From an uncultured candidate division Zixibacteria bacterium (lineage in GTDB: Bacteria; Zixibacteria; MSB-5A5; GN15; PGXB01), in contig OY969724.1 in assembly GCA_963702205.1 (NCBI GenBank), positions 1,088,001 through 1,152,000 of the forward strand: a stretch of DNA of 64,000 nt, read 5' to 3'. Position 1 is the stretch's first letter; each line of letters begins with the position of its first letter. The notes below the pieces were generated by a model that saw only the letters and a list, made by a program, of their open reading frames with translations, had not been told where the DNA came from and did not search any database. The position numbers were made by a program, and so were the translations under genes. Positions 48,943 through 58,509 of the stretch are shown one piece after another.

Positions 48943-51411
48943 ATGAGACTTTCAAGATCATTCTTAGTTTTTTGTCTGCTCTTCATCCCAGCCATTCTTC
49001 AAGGGGCAACTATCAGAGGCATCGTGACCGATCGCCAGGGCCAGCCGGTGGCCTCGGTTAATATCGCGACCGACCGTTCGGATTTCAAATCCACGACCGA
49101 TCAAAACGGCCAGTTTACAATCGTAACCGACACGGCTCAAATAAGTTATCTTACATTCAGCCATGTCAGTTATCAGCCGGTGATGCGTAAAATAAAGCCC
49201 TCGGATCTGGCCGGAGAGATTAAAATCGTCCTCGATGAAGCGGTTTATCCCGGGCAGAAAATTCGTGTTACGGCCATGCGCGCGCGCGCCGGTTATACGC
49301 CGGTGGCCTATTCCGATTTCACCCAGCAGGACATCAAGCGCGATTACACTGTCGCCGATTTCCCGGTTCTGCTCGAAACGACGCCCAATATGTACGCCAT
49401 CTCATACACCGGCGGCATGGTCGGCGCCAGCGATTTTAAAATACGCGGGTTTGATTATAAACGCATCGGCGTCTATATCAACGGCATTCCGCTCAACGAC
49501 CCCGAGGATCGTTTCACGTACTTTTATGACCTGCCCGATTTCGCCGCCGAAGTGACGGATATACAGGTCCAACGAGGGGTCGGAAATTCACTCTACGGCG
49601 ACGCCACGTTTGGCGGGTCGATCAATATCGCGTTGGGCGGTCTGGGTGAAGCCCGCAACATTTCGGTTTCATCCGGCTATGGCCGGTATCTTGGTGACGA
49701 GCATTTTTTATCGGAGATGCGCAAACAGGCGGTGGAATATTCCTCGGGCCTGATCGACGGCCGCTGGCTTTTGGGCGGGCGTTATTCCAAGCTGTATAGC
49801 GGCGGGTATCGAGAAAACGCCTGGTACGACGGCTGGGCGTACTATTTTACCGTGTCGCGCCTCGATCCCCGTATGACAACGACGGTCAATCTTTACGGCG
49901 GCCCCATGAAGGCGCATCTCGCTTTCGACGGCATTGACCGCACCACCGAAGCCGTCGACCGGCGTTATAACCCGGCCACGTACGACAATGAAATCGATAA
50001 TTTCAATCAGCCTCACTATGAACTTCACAACAGCTATCAATTGAACGACAAGATGATTCTCGAGAACACGCTTTATTATATCCGGGGCGACGGTTACTAC
50101 GAACAGTACAAACAGGGTCAGGACCCGACCGCCTATAATATTGCGCCGGAAGACCTGGTCAACCCCGCCCAGACCGAAATCGACCTTGTCCGCCAGAAAT
50201 GGGTATCGAAAAACCAGTACGGCTGGAATCCGCGTCTGGACTGGAACCACAAACGCGGCAAAGCCACGTTGGGCGGATCGTTTTATTATTTCGATTCCGA
50301 GCACTGGGGGCAGGTGGTCTGGGCCGAGAATGTCAATCGCGAACTCGGTGCGCGTCATCGTTACTATGAATATTCCGGCAAAAAATACTCGGCATCGTTT
50401 TATGGCCTTGAGTATTATTCTCTGACTTCGAAACTCCGACTTATGGGCAACCTGCAGCTTCGCTATCTTAAGTACGATTTCGATCAAACCCCGATGGGTA
50501 CGCTGGTCGGGTATAAGTACAATGTCGACTGGCTGTTTCTCTCCCCGCGCTGCGGCCTGACCTATCTCACCAGCGACCGGTCGGATATCTATGCCAGTTT
50601 CGCGATTGCGTCCCGGGAACCGTCGGACGTGACTATCTACGACGCCGAAGATATCTACGCCACTCCGCAGCTGAATTTGTTGAATGTCGAGGACACCCCC
50701 AACGGTCAGGTTTATCATTTCGGCGATCCCTATGCCAAGCCCGAACGCCTTTATAATTTCGAGCTGGGCGGGCATTTGCACGGGGACCGGTTCCGCAGCG
50801 GACTTGACGTGTACTGGATGGAATTCAAGAACGAAATCATCCCCGAAGGCGGTCTCGATGAATCCGGCAATCAGCGGGTCGGCAACGCCGACCGCTCGCG
50901 GCACGTTGGCATCGAATTCGAGGGGAGCGTCCGGCCTCTGTCAAACCTGACTTTTTCCGGCAACGCCGCCTACAGCTATAACCGCATCGAGAAATACATC
51001 GCCTACCGCGACACCGACTACGACGGCAAGGTCGACGACACCACCGACTATTCCGGCCATCCGACCGCCGGTTTCCCCGACGTGCTGGCTAACCTGATTG
51101 TCGACTATCAAAAAGACTGGTTGCGTCTGACCTATAGAATTCGCGGCGTCGGAAAACAGTATGTCGACAACGGCGGCAACGATTCTCTGGCGATTGATCC
51201 GTATACGATTTCGTCGATTTCAGCCTCGGCCACCCTAAAGAAACTCATCGGCGCGGGCAACTTGATACTCAGCGGACGGGTCGACAATCTTTTCAACTAC
51301 AAGTACGAGCAGTCCGGCTATTCTTATGAGTATGCGGGGACCTGGTACGGTGAGTATTATGTCGGGGCCGAGCGGAGCTACTATATACAGCTTAAGTGGG
51401 AATTCAAATAA
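48943..51411 (+). CDS. TonB-dependent receptor, probably for thiamine
   Basis: Carboxypeptidase-regulatory-like N-domain, plug (IRGF..YINGIPLNDPE, QVQRGVG), C-terminal aromatic; TPP riboswitch upstream. Confidence 0.9.
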   Translation: MRLSRSFLVFCLLFIPAILQGATIRGIVTDRQGQPVASVNIATDRSDFKSTTDQNGQFTIVTDTAQISYLTFSHVSYQPVMRKIKPSDLAGEIKIVLDEAVYPGQKIRVTAMRARAGYTPVAYSDFTQQDIKRDYTVADFPVLLETTPNMYAISYTGGMVGASDFKIRGFDYKRIGVYINGIPLNDPEDRFTYFYDLPDFAAEVTDIQVQRGVGNSLYGDATFGGSINIALGGLGEARNISVSSGYGRYLGDEHFLSEMRKQAVEYSSGLIDGRWLLGGRYSKLYSGGYRENAWYDGWAYYFTVSRLDPRMTTTVNLYGGPMKAHLAFDGIDRTTEAVDRRYNPATYDNEIDNFNQPHYELHNSYQLNDKMILENTLYYIRGDGYYEQYKQGQDPTAYNIAPEDLVNPAQTEIDLVRQKWVSKNQYGWNPRLDWNHKRGKATLGGSFYYFDSEHWGQVVWAENVNRELGARHRYYEYSGKKYSASFYGLEYYSLTSKLRLMGNLQLRYLKYDFDQTPMGTLVGYKYNVDWLFLSPRCGLTYLTSDRSDIYASFAIASREPSDVTIYDAEDIYATPQLNLLNVEDTPNGQVYHFGDPYAKPERLYNFELGGHLHGDRFRSGLDVYWMEFKNEIIPEGGLDESGNQRVGNADRSRHVGIEFEGSVRPLSNLTFSGNAAYSYNRIEKYIAYRDTDYDGKVDDTTDYSGHPTAGFPDVLANLIVDYQKDWLRLTYRIRGVGKQYVDNGGNDSLAIDPYTISSISASATLKKLIGAGNLILSGRVDNLFNYKYEQSGYSYEYAGTWYGEYYVGAERSYYIQLKWEFK

Positions 51412-51425
51412 GACAAAGTGTATAG

Positions 51426-52817
51426 ATGTCCTACATTGACTATGGTATAATCATTTTATATCTCGTCGGTTTGATGGCGGTTGGGTTCACCGACCGCTCG
51501 TCGAAACGCGAATCGGCGACGGGTTACATCCTGGGTGGCCGCACCCTGACCCTCCCCGCCTTCGTGGCGACGCTCGTCTCCACCTGGTATGGTGGCATAC
51601 TGGGCGTGGGTGAGTACAGCTTCAGCTATGGCCTCTCTAATTGGCTGGTGTTCGGGGTGCCGTACTATCTGGCGGCTTTGCTGTTCGCGCTGTTTCTGGC
51701 CAAAAAGGCCCGCACCGCCGAAGTGCTCACGATCCCCGATCAGCTCGAAGCGGCGTACGGACGCGGTCCGGCGGTCGCCGGAAGCATAATACTGTTTCTT
51801 GTGACGATCCCCGGCGCCTACGTTTTAATGCTGGCCGTGCTCGGCAACATCCTTTTCGGCTGGCCGCTCTGGCTCGGTGGCGTGCTGGGGCTGCTCTTTT
51901 CGGTCTTTTATGTGCACCTCGGGGGCTTTCGGTCGGTAGTACGCACCGATCTTCTTCAGTTTATTCTTATGTTCCTCGGTTTTGCCGTTCTGTTGGTTGT
52001 GCTCGTGGTTCAGTATGGCGGGTTCGAGTTTATCAAAGCATCGGTGCCTCCTTCTCATCTCACCTGGAACGGTGGCAATTCCGGCTGGTATATCGCGACC
52101 TGGTATTTTATCGCACTGGCGACTCTGGTTGAACCGGCTTTCTATCAGCGCTGCTACGCCGCCAAAACCGCCGCCACCGCCCGTCGGGGGATTTATATTT
52201 CGATCATTTTCTGGGTCGTCTTCGATTTCATGACCACCTCGTGCGGACTCTATGCCCGCGCTTTGCTGCCGAACCTGGCCGACCCGGTCGGTTCCTATCC
52301 GGCGCTGGCCGAAGCGGTTCTCCCCCCCGGCCTGCTCGGGCTTTTTATGCTGGCGCTCATGGCGACCATCATGTCAACCGTCGATTCATACTCATTTCTG
52401 GCGGCGTCGACCTACGGCCGCGATATTATCTGGCGAATCTGGAAAGTGTCCGATGACAAAATCACCTTCCACACGCGAATTGGCTTGCTGCTGTCGTCGG
52501 TCATCGCGATAACAGTGGCTCTATATTTCCAGTCGGTCATTGAGATCTGGCACGATTTCGGCTCGGTGGTCACACCGGCGCTTCTGGTGCCGCTGTTCTT
52601 CACTTTCATCGGGCGCAGGCGCATGAGCCCGAAAGCCGCGCTCACATGCATCGTAGCATCCGGAGGCCTCTCGCTGGTCTGGCTGGTGCTGGGCAAGATA
52701 TTAAATCCGGAAGGGTAATTCCTCGGCATCGCGGCCATATTCCCCGGTCTTGTGCTCTCGGTCATCATCTTTTTGCTGACGGCCCGGTCCGACAAAATCG
52801 TCAAAAAGCCGTTGTAA
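51426..52817 (+). CDS. Sodium:solute symporter (probable thiamine or precursor uptake); in-frame TAA at 52716-52718 cuts off the last TM
   Basis: VATLVSTWYGG, GGFRSVVRTDLLQF, QRCYAA, IMSTVDS; frame continues FLGIAAIFPGLVLSVIIFLL to TAA 52817. Confidence 0.85.
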
Positions 52818-52896
52818 TTATCCCCCGTCTCATTTATAATACACTGCTTGACATTTCATCAATAATCCGGCACGATTAAAAAAGGCAGGTTATACA

Positions 52897-54072
52897 TTGA
52901 CGCTCGATTATAAAAGTATTCAGGAATATCTAAAGCAGGAAAAAATCGACGGCTGGCTGCTGTACGATTTCCACGGAAAGAACGACGTCGCGGTCGAGAT
53001 GCTGAACCTTCCCGGTCACATCACCCGCCGCTCGTTCTTTTTCATTCCAGCCCAGGGCGATCCGGTCGGGCTGGTCAGCCACATCGAAAAGGACCGCTTC
53101 GGACATCTTGGTGCGGAGCTCGAGATCTATGCATCATACAGACAGATGGAAGAAAAACTCGCCGCGATCCTTAAGGGCTGCAAGAAAGTCGCGATGGAAT
53201 ACGCCCCCAGCGGACGACTCCCGTATATCGGGCTGGTTGACGCCGGGACTATCGAGATGGTCCGCTCGTTCGGGGCCGAGATTGTATCCTCAGCCGATAT
53301 CGTCTCGCACTTCAACGCCCGCATGACCGAAGAGCAGGTCGACCTCCACCGCCGCGCGGCCTTCATGATTAACGGCATCAAGGACGACGCCTTCCGCCTG
53401 ATCCGCGACGCTCTCAACGAGGGTAATTTCATCAACGAAAAAATGGTCGTTTATTTTATCAAGCGGCGGTTCGAAGAAGAAAACCTCACAACCGATTTCC
53501 CGCCGATTTGTGCCGTCAATGCCAATATCTGTAATCCGCACTATGAGCCGACCGAGGGCAATTCCTCGCCGATTCGCAAAGATTCGCTGATTTTGATCGA
53601 CCTCTGGGCCAAGTATAAGATTCACAAGGCCGTCTTCGCCGATATAACCTGGATGGCCTACGCCGGTGAGTCGGTGCCGGACACTTACGGCGACATTTTT
53701 TCTGTTGTCACCAATGCCCGCGATGCCGCCTTCAACTTTTTAAAAGAAAAATTCCCGTCGGAGCAGGTCTTTGGCTACGAAGTCGACGACGTCTGTCGCG
53801 CGGTGATAGACCGCGCCGGTTACGGCGAGAATTTCTTCCACCGCACCGGGCACTCGATATTGGAAAACGTCCACGGGCCGGGGCCGAATATCGACAACCG
53901 CGAAACCGAGGACCGTCGTCGGCTTCTGTCCAGACACCTGTTTTCGCTGGAACCGGGTATATATCTCGACAAATTCGGATTCCGCTCCGAAGTCGACTGC
54001 CTGTTGACCGACCTCGGACCGGAGATCACAACCCAGCCGATGCAAAAAGAAATTATACCGTTGATGGTTTGA
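52897..54072 (+). CDS. M24 Xaa-Pro peptidase
   Basis: PHY, ADIT, FFHRTGH, FSLEPGIY, RSE. Confidence 0.92.
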   Translation: MTLDYKSIQEYLKQEKIDGWLLYDFHGKNDVAVEMLNLPGHITRRSFFFIPAQGDPVGLVSHIEKDRFGHLGAELEIYASYRQMEEKLAAILKGCKKVAMEYAPSGRLPYIGLVDAGTIEMVRSFGAEIVSSADIVSHFNARMTEEQVDLHRRAAFMINGIKDDAFRLIRDALNEGNFINEKMVVYFIKRRFEEENLTTDFPPICAVNANICNPHYEPTEGNSSPIRKDSLILIDLWAKYKIHKAVFADITWMAYAGESVPDTYGDIFSVVTNARDAAFNFLKEKFPSEQVFGYEVDDVCRAVIDRAGYGENFFHRTGHSILENVHGPGPNIDNRETEDRRRLLSRHLFSLEPGIYLDKFGFRSEVDCLLTDLGPEITTQPMQKEIIPLMV

Positions 54073-54073
54073 T

Positions 54074-54625
54074 ATGTATTTTACTCCCCGCATGATCCAG
54101 TTGGTCGCCGATAAGTACGGCTACCCGCCGGTCATCAATATGGACGCGCCGGTCGATCAGGAGGAGTACGATTTTATCAGGTCGACACAGACGTTCGGTC
54201 GGTGTCACGATGTCACGCTCTACATTTTCAAAGACAATAAAATCATAGTCAACGCCAAGCATCACTATCCCAAGGGATTGTATCGGGCGCCGTCGGGCGG
54301 ACTAAAGCCCGGCGAGGAGTTTATTGACGGGGTCTATCGCGAGGCTTATGAAGAAACCGGGTGTAAGATCAAGCTGAACCGCTATATTCTGCAGGTCAAC
54401 GTCGCGTTTTCGTGCGGGAAGAGATATATCCCGTGGAAGTCGCACGTCTTCACTGCGGAATATGTATCCGGTAAGATTAAGCCGGTTGACATCCGCGAAA
54501 TAAGAGAGACGCGTCTGGCTGATCTGGCCGATTTCGATGAGTACAAGCGGATAATCATGACTATGGATTCCGGCGGCCTGCACTACCGCGCCCGCCTGCA
54601 CGACGAGGTGCTGAAGTTTTTGTAG
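54074..54625 (+). CDS. NUDIX hydrolase
   Basis: GGLKPGEEFIDGVYREAYEETG Nudix box. Confidence 0.9.
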   Translation: MYFTPRMIQLVADKYGYPPVINMDAPVDQEEYDFIRSTQTFGRCHDVTLYIFKDNKIIVNAKHHYPKGLYRAPSGGLKPGEEFIDGVYREAYEETGCKIKLNRYILQVNVAFSCGKRYIPWKSHVFTAEYVSGKIKPVDIREIRETRLADLADFDEYKRIIMTMDSGGLHYRARLHDEVLKFL

Positions 54626-54668
54626 ATAGTTATGAATATAATAGAGTGAGTAGGAAAGTATCGGTTAA

Positions 54669-54720
54669 TGTCATACCCGCGTACGCGGGTATCCAGAATC
54701 GGGTCGCCCACGGCTTGCCG
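54669..54720. repeat. Solitary variant of the GIY-YIG IR palindrome next to a GGTCGCCCACGGCTTGCCG repeat
   Basis: TGTCATACCCGCGTACGCGGGTATCCAG at 54669-54696; 19-mer at 54702-54720. Confidence 0.8.
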
Positions 54721-54785
54721 AAGGCTCTGAACGAAGTGAAGAGCGGCGTGACATCTTAACTGAAAATGGGAGCTACAGAATAAAT

Positions 54786-55397
54786 ATGTCGAGATTGCAT
54801 TCGATAATTAAGTATTCCACATTAATAATATTGCTGCTGCTTGTTTCTTGCTCTTCTAATGATAATTACATTGAATTAAGTTCTATGGATGGTGGTCAGC
54901 ATATATCTCTTAAGGCAAGGAAGGCGCTAATTCTTCAGAATACAATTATTGATACTGCTTTGTTGAACGATATGATGACAAAACGTGATTACTCCGACAA
55001 TAAGTTCCAATCCATTATCGATTCTTCAGACGATAGTAGCAATTTTGTCTTTAAAATAGACAAGTATTATCAGGAGAAGGAAGACGAATCGTTTATAACA
55101 ATTATTGGCCAACTGCACGAGCACAAACTCGTAAGTCTCTATTATTTTGGAGCTGGACAACGCTTTGATTATTTCCAGTTAAATAATGATTATATTGAAA
55201 TAAAGAATCAAAAAGGTCAATTGTATTTATACATATACGCATCACTGAAATCGGTCGGCTTTTCACTGTCATCATACATACAATTTCCATATAATGACGC
55301 CGGTGGGTATTCAAATGTAGTTCGATATTTAAATATAAAAACAAAAATGGATGTATCTGATACTGGTGTACCGAAGTATTTTGTGCAAGAAAAATAG
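54786..55397 (+). CDS. Hypothetical AT-rich lipoprotein
   Basis: Lipobox LVSC; 203 aa. Confidence 0.75.
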   Translation: MSRLHSIIKYSTLIILLLLVSCSSNDNYIELSSMDGGQHISLKARKALILQNTIIDTALLNDMMTKRDYSDNKFQSIIDSSDDSSNFVFKIDKYYQEKEDESFITIIGQLHEHKLVSLYYFGAGQRFDYFQLNNDYIEIKNQKGQLYLYIYASLKSVGFSLSSYIQFPYNDAGGYSNVVRYLNIKTKMDVSDTGVPKYFVQEK

Positions 55398-55401
55398 CCA
55401 T

Positions 55402-55660
55402 AGTAGGTCAGGAGCCGTGCCGAAGGGTTTGGTCGCCCACGGCTTGCCGTGGGTCTGGGTGCCCCGACATTCTATGTCGGGTTTCCTGATTGCGACGTAA
55501 CACATTACTATGTGGGGCAAAACATGAAATCATCTTTGAAAATCGCGAGCCGGACAATAATTCTTATATTCCTTTCATTTCTTTGTTCATCTCAAATCAT
55601 GGGCGGGTCGCCCACGGCTTGCCGTGGGTCTGGGTGGCCCACCCTTTAGGGTGGGTTTCT
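55402..55660. repeat. REP-like cluster
   Basis: 31-bp GGTCGCCCACGGCTTGCCGTGGGTCTGGGTG at 55431 and 55606; CCCCGACATTCTATGTCGGGTTTC at 55462, also at 57344. Confidence 0.8.
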
Positions 55661-55718
55661 GAAAGTCCGGGGAGTAGTGCATAAAAGATGTCGAAACCAC
55701 AGGTTTGACATACAAGAC

Positions 55719-56997
55719 TTATTTATCTTCGGCCACATATTTACCGTCCCTGTCAAACCGGACTTCATCACCCTTTTTCAAATGATGCCCACCGATATCG
55801 AAATCCCCCGATAAAGTGCAAAAACGCAGTCGGCCATTCTCATAGAAATCGGTATGGTCACCACCGCCGAACAAAAACGACATGAAGCGGAATTTGGCGC
55901 ATGGAACGCATTGTATTATTTCATCACGGGCCAGCCAAGCCGTCTTTAATTGGCCATTATTATAAAAGCCGGTCATAAATCCGTGTCCGGAGCCTCGGCA
56001 CGAATGGCCCTGGATAAGGGTATTTTGCTGGAGGAAGCACCAGTCCATATATCCCTCGGGTGTCAAATGTACCGATAGTACCCGTCGGCAGCGGCTGCCC
56101 CGAAAGGGTGTCCTCTTGTCCCAATCGGCACGATGCCAGGTGGCCGTCCTCGTAATATTCGACCGGCCCCGCACAAGAAATACCCTGTATCTCCATAATT
56201 TGATCTGGCGGCGCCGCCAGCGTTTGTGTCGTCAGTTCCTGATCACGACCGCCGAAGACCAAAAGCAAAATGAAGATAATGGTCACTCCCGCGCCCAATC
56301 CTCCGAAAACGGCCGCCCTTAATCGTGGAGACACATCCTCTTCTCGACGGCCGCTTCCGAGAAACAAACACACCGAGGCCGTCACCAGCGGCACAACGAA
56401 AAATAACCACAAGGCGGTGTTGATCCCTTTGAAGTCATAAAGCCCAAACGCCAGAATCACAGCGATGACGACGGCCATTATCACGATGGCCGTCACCCTG
56501 GGTAATTTACCGGCCAGCTGTCCCATACCGATAAACGCGCCGCCTATCGCAAGGCCCGCGATCGAGGCGACCGAGAGCCCGCTTTCGGCGACAATGAACA
56601 GGGCGATGAACAACCCCACGGCACTAATTATAATGCGTCCTGCCTTTCTGTACTCACCAATCATGACGAGTCCGGAAATGGCCTTGGCCGCCAGCCCTAT
56701 GAAGATTAGTTCGTACAGCTCGTCAGGAGATTGCCCTCTGGAAATGCGCCACATTGCCAGGCCGACCGCCGCAAGTATGACAACCATGAATCCCAGGTTG
56801 CCGGACCGCGAGTGTATTGAAAGTTGTCGCTCATCGGCATACTGCCGGGCCAGCCCGAACTCATGAAGAGCAGGACGAAGAAGGTATGCCGCAACCAAAA
56901 ACAACAGCGCAAAATTATAGCCCAGCACGAACAGGGCGATTCCGGCAACAGACAGCCCGCATGCAAAGTAGAAGATCTTATCCCGCTTGATCATCAT
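55719..56997 (-). pseudogene. Membrane protein (DUF2178-like N-terminus) with C-terminal MORN/YwqK-like repeats; frameshift near 56075
   Basis: DER motif plus TMs; YYEDGHLASCRL, FYNNGQLKTAWL and FYENGRLRFCTL repeats span both ORFs. Confidence 0.7.
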
Positions 56998-57196
56998 CGC
57001 ATATCTCCAGTTCAAAGAGTTCTTCGACTTTGGTTTCGAGCCTCCGGGCCAGAAGCAAAGCAAGTTTCACGGATGGGCTGTAATTGCCGCGTTCAATGGC
57101 AATAATGGTCTGGCGCGATACCGAGACCATGTCGGCGAGCTGTTGCTGGCTCAGTTCTCCGCGTTCAAATCGGAATTTTCTTAAATTCGTTTTCAT
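56978..57196 (-). CDS. XRE/Cro-CI HTH regulator
   Basis: LSQQQLADMVSVSRQTIIAIERGNYSPS. Confidence 0.92.
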   Translation of the reverse strand: MKTNLRKFRFERGELSQQQLADMVSVSRQTIIAIERGNYSPSVKLALLLARRLETKVEELFELEICDDDQAG

Positions 57197-57233
57197 ATAT
57201 ATTGCCAAATCAATTCAAACTGCCTAAAATCAC

Positions 57234-57272
57234 TGTAAAGTATAATCGACATAATGTCAAGTATAATATACA
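57234..57272. promoter_or_regulatory. Tandem operator candidates for the XRE regulator
   Basis: TGTAAAGTATAATCGACA and TGTCAAGTATAATATACA (TGT-N12-ACA), 21 bp apart. Confidence 0.6.
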
Positions 57273-57768
57273 TAAAATCTAATAAATTCCTGTTTCTCGG
57301 GGCTTGTTGAATAAGGCAACGTTCATGTTCGGTCGCCGGGATACCCCGACATTCTATGTCGGGTTTCTTAAAACATGGTCATTTAATTTCATTTTCACTA
57401 CCAAACTGATGTTCTATCAGATCATACCGCTATTATGAATGTCATAATTTTGCCCCGGAAAATTCCGGCAGAAAAAGTGAAAGAAATAATATTTTCAAAT
57501 TCGAACCCATTTTTGTCTAAACAATATTGTGTCATGGCCTTGCGGGCAATAATGGACTAGTGTGCTCCACAACAAATAAATCCCGGCTGCATGCGAAACC
57601 GATTGAATACCGGTTCGTTTAAACCAGTATAGGGGATAGTCGTCGCCCGGCGGATGCTCGCATTCGCCGGGTCTACGCGAAACCTAAAATAGCCCGATTT
57701 CTCTTGACGGACCGGAGAATTTGGCTATATTAGCAGATTCAATATTTAGGACATAAGGTTAGAAAGTA

Positions 57769-57921
57769 ATGAAACGGACATATCAGCCATCGAATCGTAA
57801 AAGGCTCAACGATCACGGTTTCCGGAAACGCCGGTCGACACGCAATGGCCTCAAAGTTCTGGCCAACCGGCGCGCTAAGGGCAGAAAAAGAGTGACCGTT
57901 ACGGTCAAAAAGAAAAAATAG
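57769..57921 (+). CDS. rpmH: 50S ribosomal protein L34
   Basis: [41 protein letters not shown] (translated by hand; absent from the ORF track). Confidence 0.97.
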   Translation: MKRTYQPSNRKRLNDHGFRKRRSTRNGLKVLANRRAKGRKRVTVTVKKKK

Positions 57922-57922
57922 C

Positions 57923-58270
57923 TTGCCCCGCCACAGCCTTAAAAGCAAAAAAATGATCTCGCAGATACTCAAATCCGCAAACAAGTATCAGGCGGACAAT
58001 CTTGCTTTGTACTGTCAACCCCGCCCCGACGCCTCGCCCGACAGCTATGCCGCCGCTTTCCTGGTGGCCCGCGCCGCGGGGACGGCCGTAACGCGCAACC
58101 GCATCCGCCGCTGGCTGCGCGAGGATCTGCGACATCTTCAGGCGGATAACCCCAGAAGCGGGGATTTTGTTGTAAGATTTTTTGGTTCTGCGCAGGACAC
58201 CGACCACACCGGTTTGGGCCGGACGCTGGACCATTTGTATTCGCAAATCGGACAGGATGTCATACAATAA
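57923..58270 (+). CDS. rnpA: Ribonuclease P protein component
   Basis: AVTRNRIRRWLRE RNR motif; synteny. Confidence 0.88.
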   Translation: MPRHSLKSKKMISQILKSANKYQADNLALYCQPRPDASPDSYAAAFLVARAAGTAVTRNRIRRWLREDLRHLQADNPRSGDFVVRFFGSAQDTDHTGLGRTLDHLYSQIGQDVIQ

Positions 58271-58508
58271 TATATCCATATTCAGTTATCCTTTTATCCT
58301 GCTGATAAAGATTTATCGGTACACCCTGTCGCCGTTGATCGGCGGCAACTGCCGCTACTACCCCACCTGCTCGCACTATTCCGAGGAGGCGTTTAAAAAG
58401 CACGGGGCGTGGACCGGTTTGATTTTAACGGTCAAAAGGATTTTGAGATGTCATCCATGGCACGAGGGCGGCTACGACCCGGTGCCGGAGAAGGGAATGG
58501 AGGGCTGA
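58257..58508 (+). CDS. yidD: Membrane protein insertion efficiency factor
   Basis: CRYYPTCSHY..RILRCHPWHEGGYDPVP. Confidence 0.95.
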   Translation: MSYNNISIFSYPFILLIKIYRYTLSPLIGGNCRYYPTCSHYSEEAFKKHGAWTGLILTVKRILRCHPWHEGGYDPVPEKGMEG

Positions 58509-58509
58509 C

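Noticed and set aside
49708..50904. Long antisense ORFs (for example 49708..50904, 40487..41347, 119..901)
   Set aside because: They lie opposite well-supported genes and have no recognisable motifs; typical of GC-rich codon bias.
52716..52718. Stop-codon recoding
   Set aside because: TAA terminates many genes here. A point mutation or error from a Tyr codon is simpler.
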